Shown piece after piece: positions 10,370-20,831 of a stretch of 64,000 nt of DNA. The stretch is from Candidatus Latescibacterota bacterium (GTDB taxonomy: Bacteria; Latescibacterota; UBA2968; UBA8231), in assembly GCA_965248265.1 (NCBI GenBank), contig CBDFJF010000001.1:2464001-2528000 (forward strand), read 5' to 3'. The notes beneath the pieces were generated by a model that was given only the letters and a program-made list of their open reading frames with translations, had not been told where the DNA came from and ran no database searches. Position 1 is the first letter of the stretch. Every line of letters begins with the position of its first letter. The position numbers were made by a program, and so were the translations under genes.

Positions 10370-11860
10370 TTGGATTTACCACAACCGAATCCGCAGAAAC
10401 TGCAGCTCCGGGATGAGGTCATCCTACAGCTGTCCCGGGCGTTGCTACCTGACCAGGTCATTCACAGGGCTGAGGACCTCATCGTCTATGAGTGCGACGC
10501 CCTTTCAGCTTACCGACAGCTGCCAATGGCTGTCGTCCTGCCATCGTCGACGGACGAGGTCGCCGCCGCCATACGCGTCTGCGCCGGCCTGGAGATTCCG
10601 ATCATTCCGTGGGGAGCCGGCACCGGCCTCTCAGGGGGAGCACTGCCGCGTCAGGACGGGGTCGTCATCAGCCTCGCCCGCATGAACCGGATCCTCGATA
10701 TCGATCTCGACAATGGAACGGCCACGGTGGAGCCTGGCGTCACCAACCTCGCCGTGTCGAACGCCGTTGCGGCGGCTGGTTTTTACTACGCTCCGGACCC
10801 TTCGAGCCAACTCGCCTGCACCATCGGCGGCAATATCGCCGAAAACTCTGGTGGGGTGCATTGTCTCAAGTACGGCACCACGACCAACAATGTCCTGGGA
10901 TTGGAGATCGTGCTCGCCGACGGTACGATCGTCGACGTCGGCGGCAAAGCCATGGAACGCGCCGGTTATGATTTGCTGGCATTGATGACGGGTTCGGAGG
11001 GACTGCTCGGCATCATTACCAAGGCCACACTGCGGTTGCTGCGACGGCCCGAGCTTGCCCGGACGATGATGGCGGTCTACGACAGCGTCGAGACTGCCGC
11101 TCAGGCGGTCGCCGACATCATCGCCGCCGGCATGGTTCCGGCAGGCATGGAAATCATGGACCGTTTGGCGATCGAGGCGGTTGAGGACTTTTTGAGTTGC
11201 GGCTACCCGCGTGGGGTTGAGTCATTGCTGTTGGTCGAGCTTGATGGCTCAACCGCTGAAGTAGAGGCTCACGCAGGACACCTCGAACAGCTGTTGGAGC
11301 AGTCGGGCGCCACCGAGATCCGCCGGGCAAACTCGGAAGAAGAGCGGCAGAACTTTTGGGCCGGACGCAAAGCCGCGTTCCCGGCGATGGGACGGATTAC
11401 ACCCGACTATTACTGCATGGATGGTACCATCCCGCGTGGCCGCCTGGCCGAAGTATTGCGGCAGATCCAGGAGTTGTCTGCGAAGTACAACCTGGCCGTG
11501 GCCAACGTCTTTCACGCCGGTGACGGCAACCTGCATCCGCTGATACTGTACGATGGCAACCAACCCGAACAGTTAGAGAAAGCCGAACGTTTCGGAGCCG
11601 AGATACTGCAGCTGTGCGTCAAGGTCGGAGGCGTCCTCAGCGGCGAACACGGAATCGGCATCGAGAAACGCGATCTGATGCCGTGCATGTTCGGGGACGC
11701 CGATCTCGACTCGCAGGAACGCATAAAATCCGGTTTCGATCCGGCCAACATCCTCAATCCCGGCAAGGTATATCCTATTCTGAGGCGGGGGTGCATCGAG
11801 GGCGGGAAAATGCACGTCCACGGAGGTGACCTGCCATTCCCTGAGTTGGAGCGATTCTGA
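10370..11860 (+). CDS. glcD: Glycolate oxidase FAD-linked subunit GlcD
   Basis: GAGTGLSGG, YAPDPSSQLACTIGGNIAENSGGVHCLKYG, FHAGDGNLHP, GEHGIG, C-terminal PFPELERF. Confidence 0.9.
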   Translation: MDLPQPNPQKLQLRDEVILQLSRALLPDQVIHRAEDLIVYECDALSAYRQLPMAVVLPSSTDEVAAAIRVCAGLEIPIIPWGAGTGLSGGALPRQDGVVISLARMNRILDIDLDNGTATVEPGVTNLAVSNAVAAAGFYYAPDPSSQLACTIGGNIAENSGGVHCLKYGTTTNNVLGLEIVLADGTIVDVGGKAMERAGYDLLALMTGSEGLLGIITKATLRLLRRPELARTMMAVYDSVETAAQAVADIIAAGMVPAGMEIMDRLAIEAVEDFLSCGYPRGVESLLLVELDGSTAEVEAHAGHLEQLLEQSGATEIRRANSEEERQNFWAGRKAAFPAMGRITPDYYCMDGTIPRGRLAEVLRQIQELSAKYNLAVANVFHAGDGNLHPLILYDGNQPEQLEKAERFGAEILQLCVKVGGVLSGEHGIGIEKRDLMPCMFGDADLDSQERIKSGFDPANILNPGKVYPILRRGCIEGGKMHVHGGDLPFPELERF

Positions 11861-11945
11861 GAATGGCGAAACCTTGCAGACTGGAGCGGATCTCCGGCAA
11901 CCGTCTGCCTGGGATCCAGCCTGCCCTGGTCACCGAGGTTCCTCG

Positions 11946-13112
11946 ATGACGGAGCTCGTGCACCGGCCCACGGATGTCGACGCCCTTCAAGACGCCGTGC
12001 GCACGGCTACTGGCGGCCTGCGGATCGCCGGTGCAGGCACCAAGAGTTCGCTCGGTCGCTCCGTGAACGCCAGTGCCACCATTGATGCCACCGGATTGCG
12101 CGGCATCGTCACCTACGAACCCGCCGAACTCATTCTGGTAGCGCGACCGGGAACTCCGTTGACTGAGGTGGAGGAGTTGTTGGCCGCCGAAGGACAGCAC
12201 CTTGCATTCGAGCCACCGCACTGGGGAGATACGGCAACCCTGGGAGGCACCGTCGCCTGCGGTCTGTCCGGTCCACGCCGCTTCAAAGCCGGTGCACTGC
12301 GAGATTTCATGCTGGGGGCGCAGATCGTCGATGGCGACGGCGAGTGCACACGCTCAGGGGGCCGCGTAGTCAAGAACGTCACCGGTTACGATATACCCCG
12401 CCTCTTGTGCGGGTCATTCGGTACGTTGGGTATCCTCACGGAGGTGTGCCTGAAACTGTGGCCCCGTCCGGAACTTGCGCAGACCCTCATCCTGCATGGG
12501 CAATCGCCGCAGTCGGCGTTGTCCGCTTTGCTGCAGTGGGCCCGATCCCCGTATGAGATAACCGGCCTGGCGTATCAACCCGGCGACGCACATCGTCGAG
12601 CACGCACCCTGTTGCGTCTCGAGGGTGCCGAAGGTGCCGTGGTGCGACAGGCCGCATCCCTCAAAGATGCGATCGCGGCCGACAACGGCGGCAGTGCCGA
12701 ACTAGAAATCGTCGACGCCGACAACTCCGCGGCAATCTGGGCGGAGGTGAAGGAACGACCCGTGCCTGTCGATGGAGATTCACAGCGTTGGCGCTTCGCG
12801 CTACCCCCGGCAAGCGCCAACGAGTTAATCGAAGGGTTGGGAGAGTTGGGGCTGGAGCGCTACCTCGTAGACTGGGCCGGCGGACTGGTGTGGGCTGTCC
12901 TGCCGGCCGCCTCCGACCCCGTGCGCCTGCATTCGCTGGCAACGGACGGCGCCGGAACAGCCTGGCGTTTCGCGGACGGACCCGGGGATGCCAACCAGAA
13001 TGCGTTCTCTCCGTTGGAACCCACCCTGGAGCGCCTCAACCGCACCCTCAAGACCTCCATGGATCCGAGAGGGGTGCTCAATCCCGGGCTCATGCTGCCT
13101 GTGGACGAATGA
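11946..13112 (+). CDS. glcE: Glycolate oxidase FAD-binding subunit GlcE
   Basis: GIVTYEPAEL, LAFEPP, ATLGGTVACGLSGPRR, GGRVVKNVTGYD, DPRGVLNPG; follows glcD. Confidence 0.88.
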   Translation: MTELVHRPTDVDALQDAVRTATGGLRIAGAGTKSSLGRSVNASATIDATGLRGIVTYEPAELILVARPGTPLTEVEELLAAEGQHLAFEPPHWGDTATLGGTVACGLSGPRRFKAGALRDFMLGAQIVDGDGECTRSGGRVVKNVTGYDIPRLLCGSFGTLGILTEVCLKLWPRPELAQTLILHGQSPQSALSALLQWARSPYEITGLAYQPGDAHRRARTLLRLEGAEGAVVRQAASLKDAIAADNGGSAELEIVDADNSAAIWAEVKERPVPVDGDSQRWRFALPPASANELIEGLGELGLERYLVDWAGGLVWAVLPAASDPVRLHSLATDGAGTAWRFADGPGDANQNAFSPLEPTLERLNRTLKTSMDPRGVLNPGLMLPVDE

Positions 13113-13160
13113 GTCGATCCAATTGATTTGGCCGATTGAATCTGGCTGGGTGGGTTTGAC

Positions 13161-14345
13161 TCAGTATATCTGGCCAGAGCGATACCCCGGCGGTTTAGTG
13201 GCGTTGCCGCTCAACCACTCCGCCCGCCGGTCTCGGGCGTACACGTACTGGTAGTCGTAAGCGTCATCTGGGGGTGCGATGTTGCCGGTCGACGGGTACT
13301 TGGCGATCGCCTGTTCCACTAGATCAACACCTAGACCGGGCGCCGCGGGTACCGCGATGTGGCTGTCCTCGACCTGCGGCTGGCCGCTCATGACCTCATA
13401 ACGCTGCGGAACATCGTCTTCGAGATGTTCCAGGATGAGGAAGTTGGGCAGGGTCGCCATCAAGTGGACGGCCGCCATCTCCGCAACCGGTCCCAGCGAG
13501 CCATCGTGCGGTGCCACCGTGATGTGATGCGCCTCCGCCATGGCGGCGATCTTCTTCATCTGCATCAGGCCGCCGGCACGACCGGTGTCGGGCTGAACGA
13601 CATCGATGATCTCGCTCTCGATCAGCTCCTGCACTCCCCATATCATCGCGTGACGTTCGCCGGCGCCTATGGGAATGTCGACAGCCTCGGCGACCCTTCG
13701 CAGCGCCTCCACGTGCTCCGGAGCCACCGGATCTTCGTAGAACAGGAGGTTGAACGGCTCCAGCTTCTTGCCCATGGAAATGGCATCGGACGTCGTCATC
13801 CATGGCGGGCCGTGCACGTCCACCATCAGATCGACTTCATCTCCAACAGCGGTGCGAATGGCCTCGAGGTTGGCGAGTAAATTCGGTACACCGCCTGTCT
13901 TCACCGCAGTGTACCCGGCGTCGATTCGCTTCTTAGCCTGATCGGGCGAGTGGGCATGAGCATACACCCGAACCCGGTCACGCATCTTGCCACCGAGCAG
14001 TTCATATACCGGTACATCGAGGGCCTTGCCCTTGATATCCCACAACGCCATCTCGATGCCGGTCATGGCGCCGCTGCCAACGATTCCGGTCATGCCGTGC
14101 CCCATTATCCCACACAACATCTTGTGCCAGATGCGCTCGATGGCGAAAGGTTCTTCCCCGATCACGATGGGGGCCAGATCCTGGATAGCCGTCTCTACGA
14201 CCCTAGGCCAACCACTGGCCTCTCCCACTCCGTAGATGCCACTGTCCGTATGCACCCGGACGAAGAGCCAGTTCCTGGCGTTCCAACCCCCGACCTCAGC
14301 CGGCGCCGCGTGCATCAAGAAGGTCTCTATCTCGGTTATCTTCAT
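13161..14345 (-). CDS. Mandelate racemase/muconate lactonizing enzyme family protein (galactonate dehydratase-like)
   Basis: RNWLFVRVHTDSGIYGVGE, EMALWDIKGK, metal ligands D/EDP/GE, QPD; GGAGAG RBS before ATG 14345. Confidence 0.88.
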   Translation of the reverse strand: MKITEIETFLMHAAPAEVGGWNARNWLFVRVHTDSGIYGVGEASGWPRVVETAIQDLAPIVIGEEPFAIERIWHKMLCGIMGHGMTGIVGSGAMTGIEMALWDIKGKALDVPVYELLGGKMRDRVRVYAHAHSPDQAKKRIDAGYTAVKTGGVPNLLANLEAIRTAVGDEVDLMVDVHGPPWMTTSDAISMGKKLEPFNLLFYEDPVAPEHVEALRRVAEAVDIPIGAGERHAMIWGVQELIESEIIDVVQPDTGRAGGLMQMKKIAAMAEAHHITVAPHDGSLGPVAEMAAVHLMATLPNFLILEHLEDDVPQRYEVMSGQPQVEDSHIAVPAAPGLGVDLVEQAIAKYPSTGNIAPPDDAYDYQYVYARDRRAEWLSGNATKPPGYRSGQIY

Positions 14346-14464
14346 CAGCACTCTCCGCATCGATAGTGTGGTCGATCCCCGCGCTTTTGGCGGCCGCCGA
14401 ATCTAGGTATTCGACCGTCGTTTCTCCAGGGCTCGAAGGCCATGTGGAGGACGACCCTACTCGA

Positions 14465-14492
14465 TTGACAGACGTCGGGTATCCACTATATT
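14465..14492 (+). promoter_or_regulatory. Candidate sigma70 promoter for the prenyltransferase-apbE-secDF run
   Basis: TTGACA-N16-TATATT in a divergent intergenic region. Confidence 0.5.
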
Positions 14493-14658
14493 GGGGGGCT
14501 CTATCGTTGTATTTACTGGCAGTTACGACAATGCCCGGCGCAGCCGGCCGGCGGCGTACCGCCCCTACTACAACCCGACGGAAGCGGGTGCCGCTCGCCA
14601 GTTAGGTGGGCGACCTCGTGCCGCCAAAACGGCACACCGCTGTCCTTGCCGAGGTCGC

Positions 14659-15627
14659 ATGGAGCAGCTTCTGGGCCCCATCCAGCACGAGATCGATCTA
14701 TTCGAGCGACGGCTGGATGAGCGCCTCGAATCGGATGTCGAGTTGGTCCATGAAGTGGCTCGCTACATGGCCATGCTGAAGGGCAAGAGGCTGCGGCCAG
14801 CCCTGGTCGTCTTATGTGCCAAGGCGACGGGAAAGTGGGACGATCGCGTCATCGATGCCGGCGTCGGCGTCGAGATGATCCATGCGGCGACCGTTATCCA
14901 TGATGATGTCATCGACGACTCGACCACTCGTCGCGGCCAGGCTTCGGTAAACGAAAAGTGGAATGACCACGTCGCCGTGTTGATGGGCGATTTTCTCCTC
15001 GCCCGGGCGCTTTGCATACTCGTAGACCTGGACAATCTCGAAGCCATGGGTGTGGTGTCTCGCGCCACGGAGCGCCTCAGCCAGGGTGAGATCTACGAAT
15101 TCCAGATAGGACTTCAGTCCGATACTCGTGAAACGTCCTACCTGGCCATGGTTGGGGACAAAACCGCTTCGCTGATCACGGCAGCGTGCAAGATAGGCCC
15201 GCTTATTGTCGGCGCTGAGAAACGCGTCGTGGATGCACTGGCACAATACGGAGAGTACCTCGGCCTGGCCTTCCAGATCGCGGATGATCTGCTCGATTTC
15301 ACCGGCGACGCGCTACGACTGGGCAAGCCGGTCGGCCATGATCTACGTGAGGGCAAGATCACCCTGCCGCTCATCCATGCCCTGGCATCGGCGCCCGAGG
15401 CGGATCGCGCCGAAGTCGAGCGGGTGCTGCGACAGGACACCAAGACGGAAGAGGACTGGGGAAGCGTAGTCCGCTTCGTGGAAGACAACGATGGCTTGGA
15501 CACAGCCGTCGAGCAGGCTCGAGGCTATGCGGCCAAGGCGCAGGAGTGCCTGGAGGAGTTGGAGCCCTCCGTGCCGCGAACCATTCTGGAGACCGCCGTC
15601 CGGCTCGTCGTCGAGCGTGACAACTGA
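14659..15627 (+). CDS. Polyprenyl diphosphate synthase (IspB/HepT-like)
   Basis: GKRLRP, IHDDVIDDSTTRRG (FARM), AVLMGDFL, FQIADDLLD (SARM), DLREGKITLP. Confidence 0.93.
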   Translation: MEQLLGPIQHEIDLFERRLDERLESDVELVHEVARYMAMLKGKRLRPALVVLCAKATGKWDDRVIDAGVGVEMIHAATVIHDDVIDDSTTRRGQASVNEKWNDHVAVLMGDFLLARALCILVDLDNLEAMGVVSRATERLSQGEIYEFQIGLQSDTRETSYLAMVGDKTASLITAACKIGPLIVGAEKRVVDALAQYGEYLGLAFQIADDLLDFTGDALRLGKPVGHDLREGKITLPLIHALASAPEADRAEVERVLRQDTKTEEDWGSVVRFVEDNDGLDTAVEQARGYAAKAQECLEELEPSVPRTILETAVRLVVERDN

Positions 15628-15644
15628 ATTCGGGAGCCATCGAC

Positions 15645-16679
15645 TTGGCTGCTCCGAAACGTTCGGTCGGGGTGCGGTTGCTGTTTTCGGCGATCGGCTT
15701 GTTACTGGTCCTGTGGCTGCTTCCTGGCCGCGCCCCGGTGGCACCAGTCGAGAGTTATCATGTGTCCCTCGGTACGCTGGTGAAGTTCGTCCTTTACACG
15801 GACGGGGCGGCGCAAACCGCGACAGAAAGTGCGCTGGCCGAGTTCGCGCTCGTCGACTCGTTGATGAGCAGCTACTCGGCTACCAGCGAGGCCAGCCGTA
15901 TTGGGGCCCAGGCGGGCGATGAAAGAGGAGTCGTCGTCTCGGGATCCGTGATCGAGGTAATCGAACGCTCGGGTTATTTTGCCCGGACAACCGGAGGAGC
16001 CTTTGATCCAACGGTTGGAGCATTGACGGTGTTGTGGGATTTTCCTGACGCGGTAGTACCTCCAGTGGAGGCGTCGATCGATTCGGCCCGGGCACTGATC
16101 GGCTACCAGGACCTGGTGCTGGATGGTGATCGGGTGTACCTGCGTCGTCCCGGCATGCGACTCGATCTGGGTGCAGCCGCCAAAGGATACGCCGTTGACC
16201 GTGCCGTGTCAGCACTTAAAGGCGCGGGGGTCCATGCGGGTTTGGTCGAGGCCGGTGGGGATATTCGTTTCTGGGGCCAGAAACCGGATGGCGAGCCCTG
16301 GCATTTCGGTATCCGCCATCCGCGTTTTGCGGATTGCACCGTGCTGAGCGCCGATGTTGGCTTGGCGTCTCTCGCCACCTCCGGAGACTACGAACAGAGT
16401 TTTGACTATGAGCAGATCAGCTACCACCACATCCTCGACCCAGCGACGGGTTACCCCGCGCGGGGCGCCGTCAGCGTCACGGCCTGGGCGACCAGCGCCC
16501 TCGACGCGGACATTCTGTCGACGGCCCTGTTTGTCATGGGACCCGACGGTATGCGATTGGTGGAGAGTCTCGATGAGGTCGAGGCGCTGATGTTTTACGA
16601 AACAGCAGACCGGCTGGAGTATGTCTACTCACCCGGCTTGAGCGGCAGCTTGCAGTTCCCGGACTGCGCGCGCAACTGA
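15645..16679 (+). CDS. apbE: FAD:protein FMN transferase
   Basis: GAFDPTVG, LDLGAAAKGYAVD, ATSGDYEQ, YHHILDPATGYP, ADILSTALFVMG. Confidence 0.92.
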   Translation: MAAPKRSVGVRLLFSAIGLLLVLWLLPGRAPVAPVESYHVSLGTLVKFVLYTDGAAQTATESALAEFALVDSLMSSYSATSEASRIGAQAGDERGVVVSGSVIEVIERSGYFARTTGGAFDPTVGALTVLWDFPDAVVPPVEASIDSARALIGYQDLVLDGDRVYLRRPGMRLDLGAAAKGYAVDRAVSALKGAGVHAGLVEAGGDIRFWGQKPDGEPWHFGIRHPRFADCTVLSADVGLASLATSGDYEQSFDYEQISYHHILDPATGYPARGAVSVTAWATSALDADILSTALFVMGPDGMRLVESLDEVEALMFYETADRLEYVYSPGLSGSLQFPDCARN

Positions 16680-16714
16680 CACCCCCGAACCATCTCTGAG
16701 GATTTCTCTAACCG

Positions 16715-19396
16715 ATGAAGCAGAACTGGAAGCCCTTACTCGTTTTGCTGCTACTCGTCACAGCCGTGTGGTACCTGATTCCAACAGTCGAGTTTTACGG
16801 CCTGACCGACGAAGAGTTGGCATCCAAACAGCGCAACGCCCCGGCAGAGTACTACGCGCTCCAACGCGGGGCCGTCAATCTCGGGCTCGACCTTCAGGGT
16901 GGAATCCATCTGGTGATGGAAGTCGACCTCGAAGGGCTGACGGACGAGGAGAAGAGGGACGCCGTCGATCGCGCCCAGGAAGTCATCCGCAACCGCGTCG
17001 ATCAGTTCGGTGTGGCCGAGCCGACGATTCAGCGTCAGGGCGAGAACCGCATCATCGTCGAGCTGCCTGGTTTGCAGGACGTCGAGCGCGCCAAAGGCCT
17101 GATCGGGCAGACGGCGCTGCTGGAGTTCCAGCTGTTGGAGCCGGATGAAGACCGCAACAGACTCGTGCAGCGTGTCAGTACCGTCATTGCCGCACGAGGA
17201 CAGGATTCCACCGAGGAGGAGGAGAGTGCGGCGGTCACGGACACGACCGACAGTGAGGCGGAAACTCCGAGTCTGTTCGACACGGAATCGGAGCAGGATG
17301 TCAACTTGTTCGACGAGACCGCGGAGACATCCCAGACGGCTACCCTGGAATCCATGTTGACGTTGTTTGGCAACGACATGCTCATCGAGCAACGCAGGCT
17401 GCCAGCCGTTAAGGCGATGCTGGCCGATCCGGTCGCCGACGGGGCTGTACCCGACGATGTCGAGTTCCTCTTCAGCAGCAAGGCCTACGAGGTGTTCGAA
17501 GGTCGTCTTGTGCGAGCATCGGAGTCCTCTTCCGGCTCGCTCTACTACGTGATGTACTTGGTGCGGAAAAAGCCGGAAATGACCGGTAACCTGGTCGAGA
17601 CCGCCTTCGTGTCTATTGGTCAGAACGTGGAATACCTGGGCCAGCCGATCGTCAATTTCGAGACCACCGATGAAGGCGTGCGGGTGTTTCGTTCAGTGAC
17701 GGGTGGGCACATCGGCGAGCGACTCGGTATCGTCCTCGACGGGGCCGTCTACTCAGCTCCCACCATCCAGACAAAGATCTACAACGGGCGCTCCATCATC
17801 ACCGGCAGTGGCACAGAAGAGGAAGCCAAGGACCTCGGCATCGTCCTGCGCGCCGGCGCTCTTCCCGCCCGCGTGGAGATTATCGAGGACCGCACGGTCG
17901 GTCCTTCGTTGGGCCACGACTCGATCGAGCAAGGCAAGGTGGCCGGCCTCATCAGCATGATCATGATCGCCGTGTTCATGGTCCTCTACTACCGTCTGGC
18001 GGGCGTGATTGCCGATATCGCACTGACCCTCAACATGGTGTTCGTGCTGGCGGTGTTGGCTGGCTTCCACGCCACGCTGACGCTGCCGGGCATAGCCGGC
18101 ATCATCCTGACCATAGGCATGGCCGTCGATGCCAACGTCCTCATCTTCGAGCGCATTCGCGAAGAGCTGCGCGCCGGCAAGACGGTACGCGCCGCCATCG
18201 ACAGCGGTTACAACAATGCCCTGTCCGCCATCGTCGACGCCAATCTGACGACGTTCATCGTCGGCCTCGTGCTCTACGAGTTCGGCACTGGTCCGATCCG
18301 CGGATTCGCCTTGACGCTGTGCATCGGCATCGTTTCCAGTTTGTTCACCGCCTTCATCGTGACCCGATTGATCCTCGAGTTGCTTACCGCGAGGTCACAA
18401 TCCGCGACGCTCAGCATCGGCCCGGTGAACATCCTCGCCAACGTCCGTATCCGCTTCTTGTCCATGCGTAAGGCTGCCTTGGTGGCATCCGGCGGAGTCT
18501 TCGCGATCGGCCTGATATCCGTGATCGGGATCAACCACCTGAAGCCAGGTATCGATTTCGCCGGCGGCACGCTGCTGGAGCTTCATTTCGACCCGCCGGC
18601 AAGCGTCGAGCAAATCCGCGATCTCCTCGATGAGGTCGAACTCGGAGGCGGCACGGCGGACCTGAGTGCGAGTGAAATAAAGAAGTTCGGCTCTGACAAC
18701 GACATCATCATTCGCCTTTCCGAATCCGAGAGCGGCACCGATGTGGCGGACGGGATCAAGCAGGTGTTGAAGTCCGGCCTTGGCGCCAACATTCAGAATG
18801 ACCTTGAATGGGTGCGCCGGCAGGAAAAGGTGGGACCCAAGATCGGCTTCGAACTGCGCGAGAAAGCCCTCCAGGCGGTGTTGACGTCGCTCGTGCTTAT
18901 TCTCGTTTACATGGCCTGGCGGTTCCGGCAGTTCCTTTTCGGTATTGCCGCTGTCGTTGCGCTCTTTCACGACGTCCTGATCACACTGGGATTGCTCTCG
19001 GTGCTGGATATTGAGATCACCCTCGCCGTCGTCGCCGCCCTGCTTGCCATCGTCGGGTATTCACTCAACGATACCATCGTCGTGTTCGACCGCGTGCGCG
19101 AGAACCTGCTGGCGGGGCGCGCAAGAGACGGGTTCGCCGAAGTACTCAATCTCAGCATCAATGAGTGCCTCAGTCGTACTGCCGTGACCTCATTAACCAC
19201 CCTGGTGGCGGTGGTGGTGCTGATGACCTGGGGTGGCGAGGTAATTCGCGATTTCACGATAACCCTGTTCATCGGTATCCTCGTCGGCACCTACTCTTCC
19301 GTCTTCATCGCCAGTCCCGTGCTCTACTACGGACATGTTCGCTCTGAGACCAGCGGCGGCCGGGACGAGGGCCGCAAGAAAGACAAACGGAAGTGA
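16715..19396 (+). CDS. secDF: Protein translocase SecDF (fused)
   Basis: LGLDLQGG, GMAVDANVLIFERIREE, GIDFAGG, GYSLNDTIVVFDRVRE. Confidence 0.97.
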   Translation: MKQNWKPLLVLLLLVTAVWYLIPTVEFYGLTDEELASKQRNAPAEYYALQRGAVNLGLDLQGGIHLVMEVDLEGLTDEEKRDAVDRAQEVIRNRVDQFGVAEPTIQRQGENRIIVELPGLQDVERAKGLIGQTALLEFQLLEPDEDRNRLVQRVSTVIAARGQDSTEEEESAAVTDTTDSEAETPSLFDTESEQDVNLFDETAETSQTATLESMLTLFGNDMLIEQRRLPAVKAMLADPVADGAVPDDVEFLFSSKAYEVFEGRLVRASESSSGSLYYVMYLVRKKPEMTGNLVETAFVSIGQNVEYLGQPIVNFETTDEGVRVFRSVTGGHIGERLGIVLDGAVYSAPTIQTKIYNGRSIITGSGTEEEAKDLGIVLRAGALPARVEIIEDRTVGPSLGHDSIEQGKVAGLISMIMIAVFMVLYYRLAGVIADIALTLNMVFVLAVLAGFHATLTLPGIAGIILTIGMAVDANVLIFERIREELRAGKTVRAAIDSGYNNALSAIVDANLTTFIVGLVLYEFGTGPIRGFALTLCIGIVSSLFTAFIVTRLILELLTARSQSATLSIGPVNILANVRIRFLSMRKAALVASGGVFAIGLISVIGINHLKPGIDFAGGTLLELHFDPPASVEQIRDLLDEVELGGGTADLSASEIKKFGSDNDIIIRLSESESGTDVADGIKQVLKSGLGANIQNDLEWVRRQEKVGPKIGFELREKALQAVLTSLVLILVYMAWRFRQFLFGIAAVVALFHDVLITLGLLSVLDIEITLAVVAALLAIVGYSLNDTIVVFDRVRENLLAGRARDGFAEVLNLSINECLSRTAVTSLTTLVAVVVLMTWGGEVIRDFTITLFIGILVGTYSSVFIASPVLYYGHVRSETSGGRDEGRKKDKRK

Positions 19397-19427
19397 CCGC
19401 GACCTAGGCCGCAGCGCTTTCTTTGGC

Positions 19428-20666
19428 ATGAAGAACCTGGCCGTTTGCGGCATCGTCCTGGCCCTGGCGGCATTAGCGCCTTCGCTGCAAGCAGGATCGT
19501 TCTCCGAAGCGGCCTGGGGGCTCGGCACCCTCTTGTTGCTGGCCTTCGTTGGACAGTACGCCGCGCAGTGGATCGGACTACCGGCGATCACGGGTTGGCT
19601 GGTTGCCGGCTTTGTCGCCGGAGCAGGAGGCCTGGAGTTGGTCGTCCCGCCGGCCAACCAAACCCTGCTGACCCTCCGCACGATGGCTCTGCTGTGGTTG
19701 ACTTTTCAGGTCGGCCTCGGCGCACCGCCTCGCTGGAGTCATTCCCGTCACACCACCCTCCTCGTCGGTGGCACGCTGTTGACGCAGCTGATGGTGACGG
19801 TTGCCCTGATGTTCTCAACCGATTTTCCCCTGGACCAGGCCTTCGTGCTCGGCGCCCTCGCCTGTTTGTGGGGTCCGATCGTTCTCGCCTCTCTGTCTGA
19901 GTCCGATCAGTTGCGGGACTTGTCAGTCAAGGGTGCCGCGATCAGCCTAATAATCGTGGCCTCGACTGTAATCCTGTTGAATGTGCGCGAGGGCGGCGCC
20001 GAAGATGCCTACCACTTCGCCTCCATGCTACTGGTTTCGTGCTTGGCTGGTGCGTTGTCGACCGAACTCTTGTGGCGCTTGGGCATTCTATCGCATCGGC
20101 GCTCGGCGATTCTGGGCATGATCGGTCTGTTCTGTGTCGTGGCCGTGTTGGTGCAACCGTTGGGATTCTACGCTCTGCCCTTCGGCCTGTGCGCCGGGCT
20201 CGTCGTAGCCCATCGACAGGGCGAGGGCCGCTTGGTGTCACGGCTGTTCGACTCAGGTCGTCCGTTCAGCGCGATGGTATTCTTTGGTTTGGCCGCTGCG
20301 TCGTTGGGTGCGCACGGGCATTTGTGGCCGCTGGAAAGGGGCCTGCCGCAATTCGTCGTCATCCAGCTTGTCATCCTCATCGCTTTGCGCGGGGTGGCCC
20401 CGGCGTTGTGGTTTGCGAGTCAGATCGAGTCCGACTACGATCGACGAGACAGCTGGATGCTGATTCCCAAGGGGATATTGCTGTTTGAGCTCGTGCACGG
20501 TTCGGGAGTGCGCCTGCCCCAGTTGGTGGACGAAAGTCTCGCGCGCTTTCTGTACCAGTTGGTTGTCGCCGATCTGCTCGTCTACGCCATCGGCTTCTCC
20601 GTCGTGGCCAGTCTCTTGCAGAGGTTGCTGCCTTTACGCCTGCAGGTAGAGACGACGCCGGACTGA
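19428..20666 (+). CDS. Multi-pass membrane protein, possibly a degenerate cation:proton antiporter
   Basis: More than 10 hydrophobic segments; IGLPAITGWLVAGFVAG resembles CPA-family N-termini. Confidence 0.55.
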   Translation: MKNLAVCGIVLALAALAPSLQAGSFSEAAWGLGTLLLLAFVGQYAAQWIGLPAITGWLVAGFVAGAGGLELVVPPANQTLLTLRTMALLWLTFQVGLGAPPRWSHSRHTTLLVGGTLLTQLMVTVALMFSTDFPLDQAFVLGALACLWGPIVLASLSESDQLRDLSVKGAAISLIIVASTVILLNVREGGAEDAYHFASMLLVSCLAGALSTELLWRLGILSHRRSAILGMIGLFCVVAVLVQPLGFYALPFGLCAGLVVAHRQGEGRLVSRLFDSGRPFSAMVFFGLAAASLGAHGHLWPLERGLPQFVVIQLVILIALRGVAPALWFASQIESDYDRRDSWMLIPKGILLFELVHGSGVRLPQLVDESLARFLYQLVVADLLVYAIGFSVVASLLQRLLPLRLQVETTPD

Positions 20667-20831
20667 CCCTCCCTCGAAGAGCTTTTTCATGGGCGGCTGT
20701 CCGGGTGTGGTTGCGATTGTGTGGGCTATGGCTCATTAGTACATTTAGAGATTCTGATGGTTTTTACGGATGACTCTACGATTGGCCTGTTTCGTGGGGT
20801 GCCTGTCCGGTGATGTTTCTCCTATCGCTTC

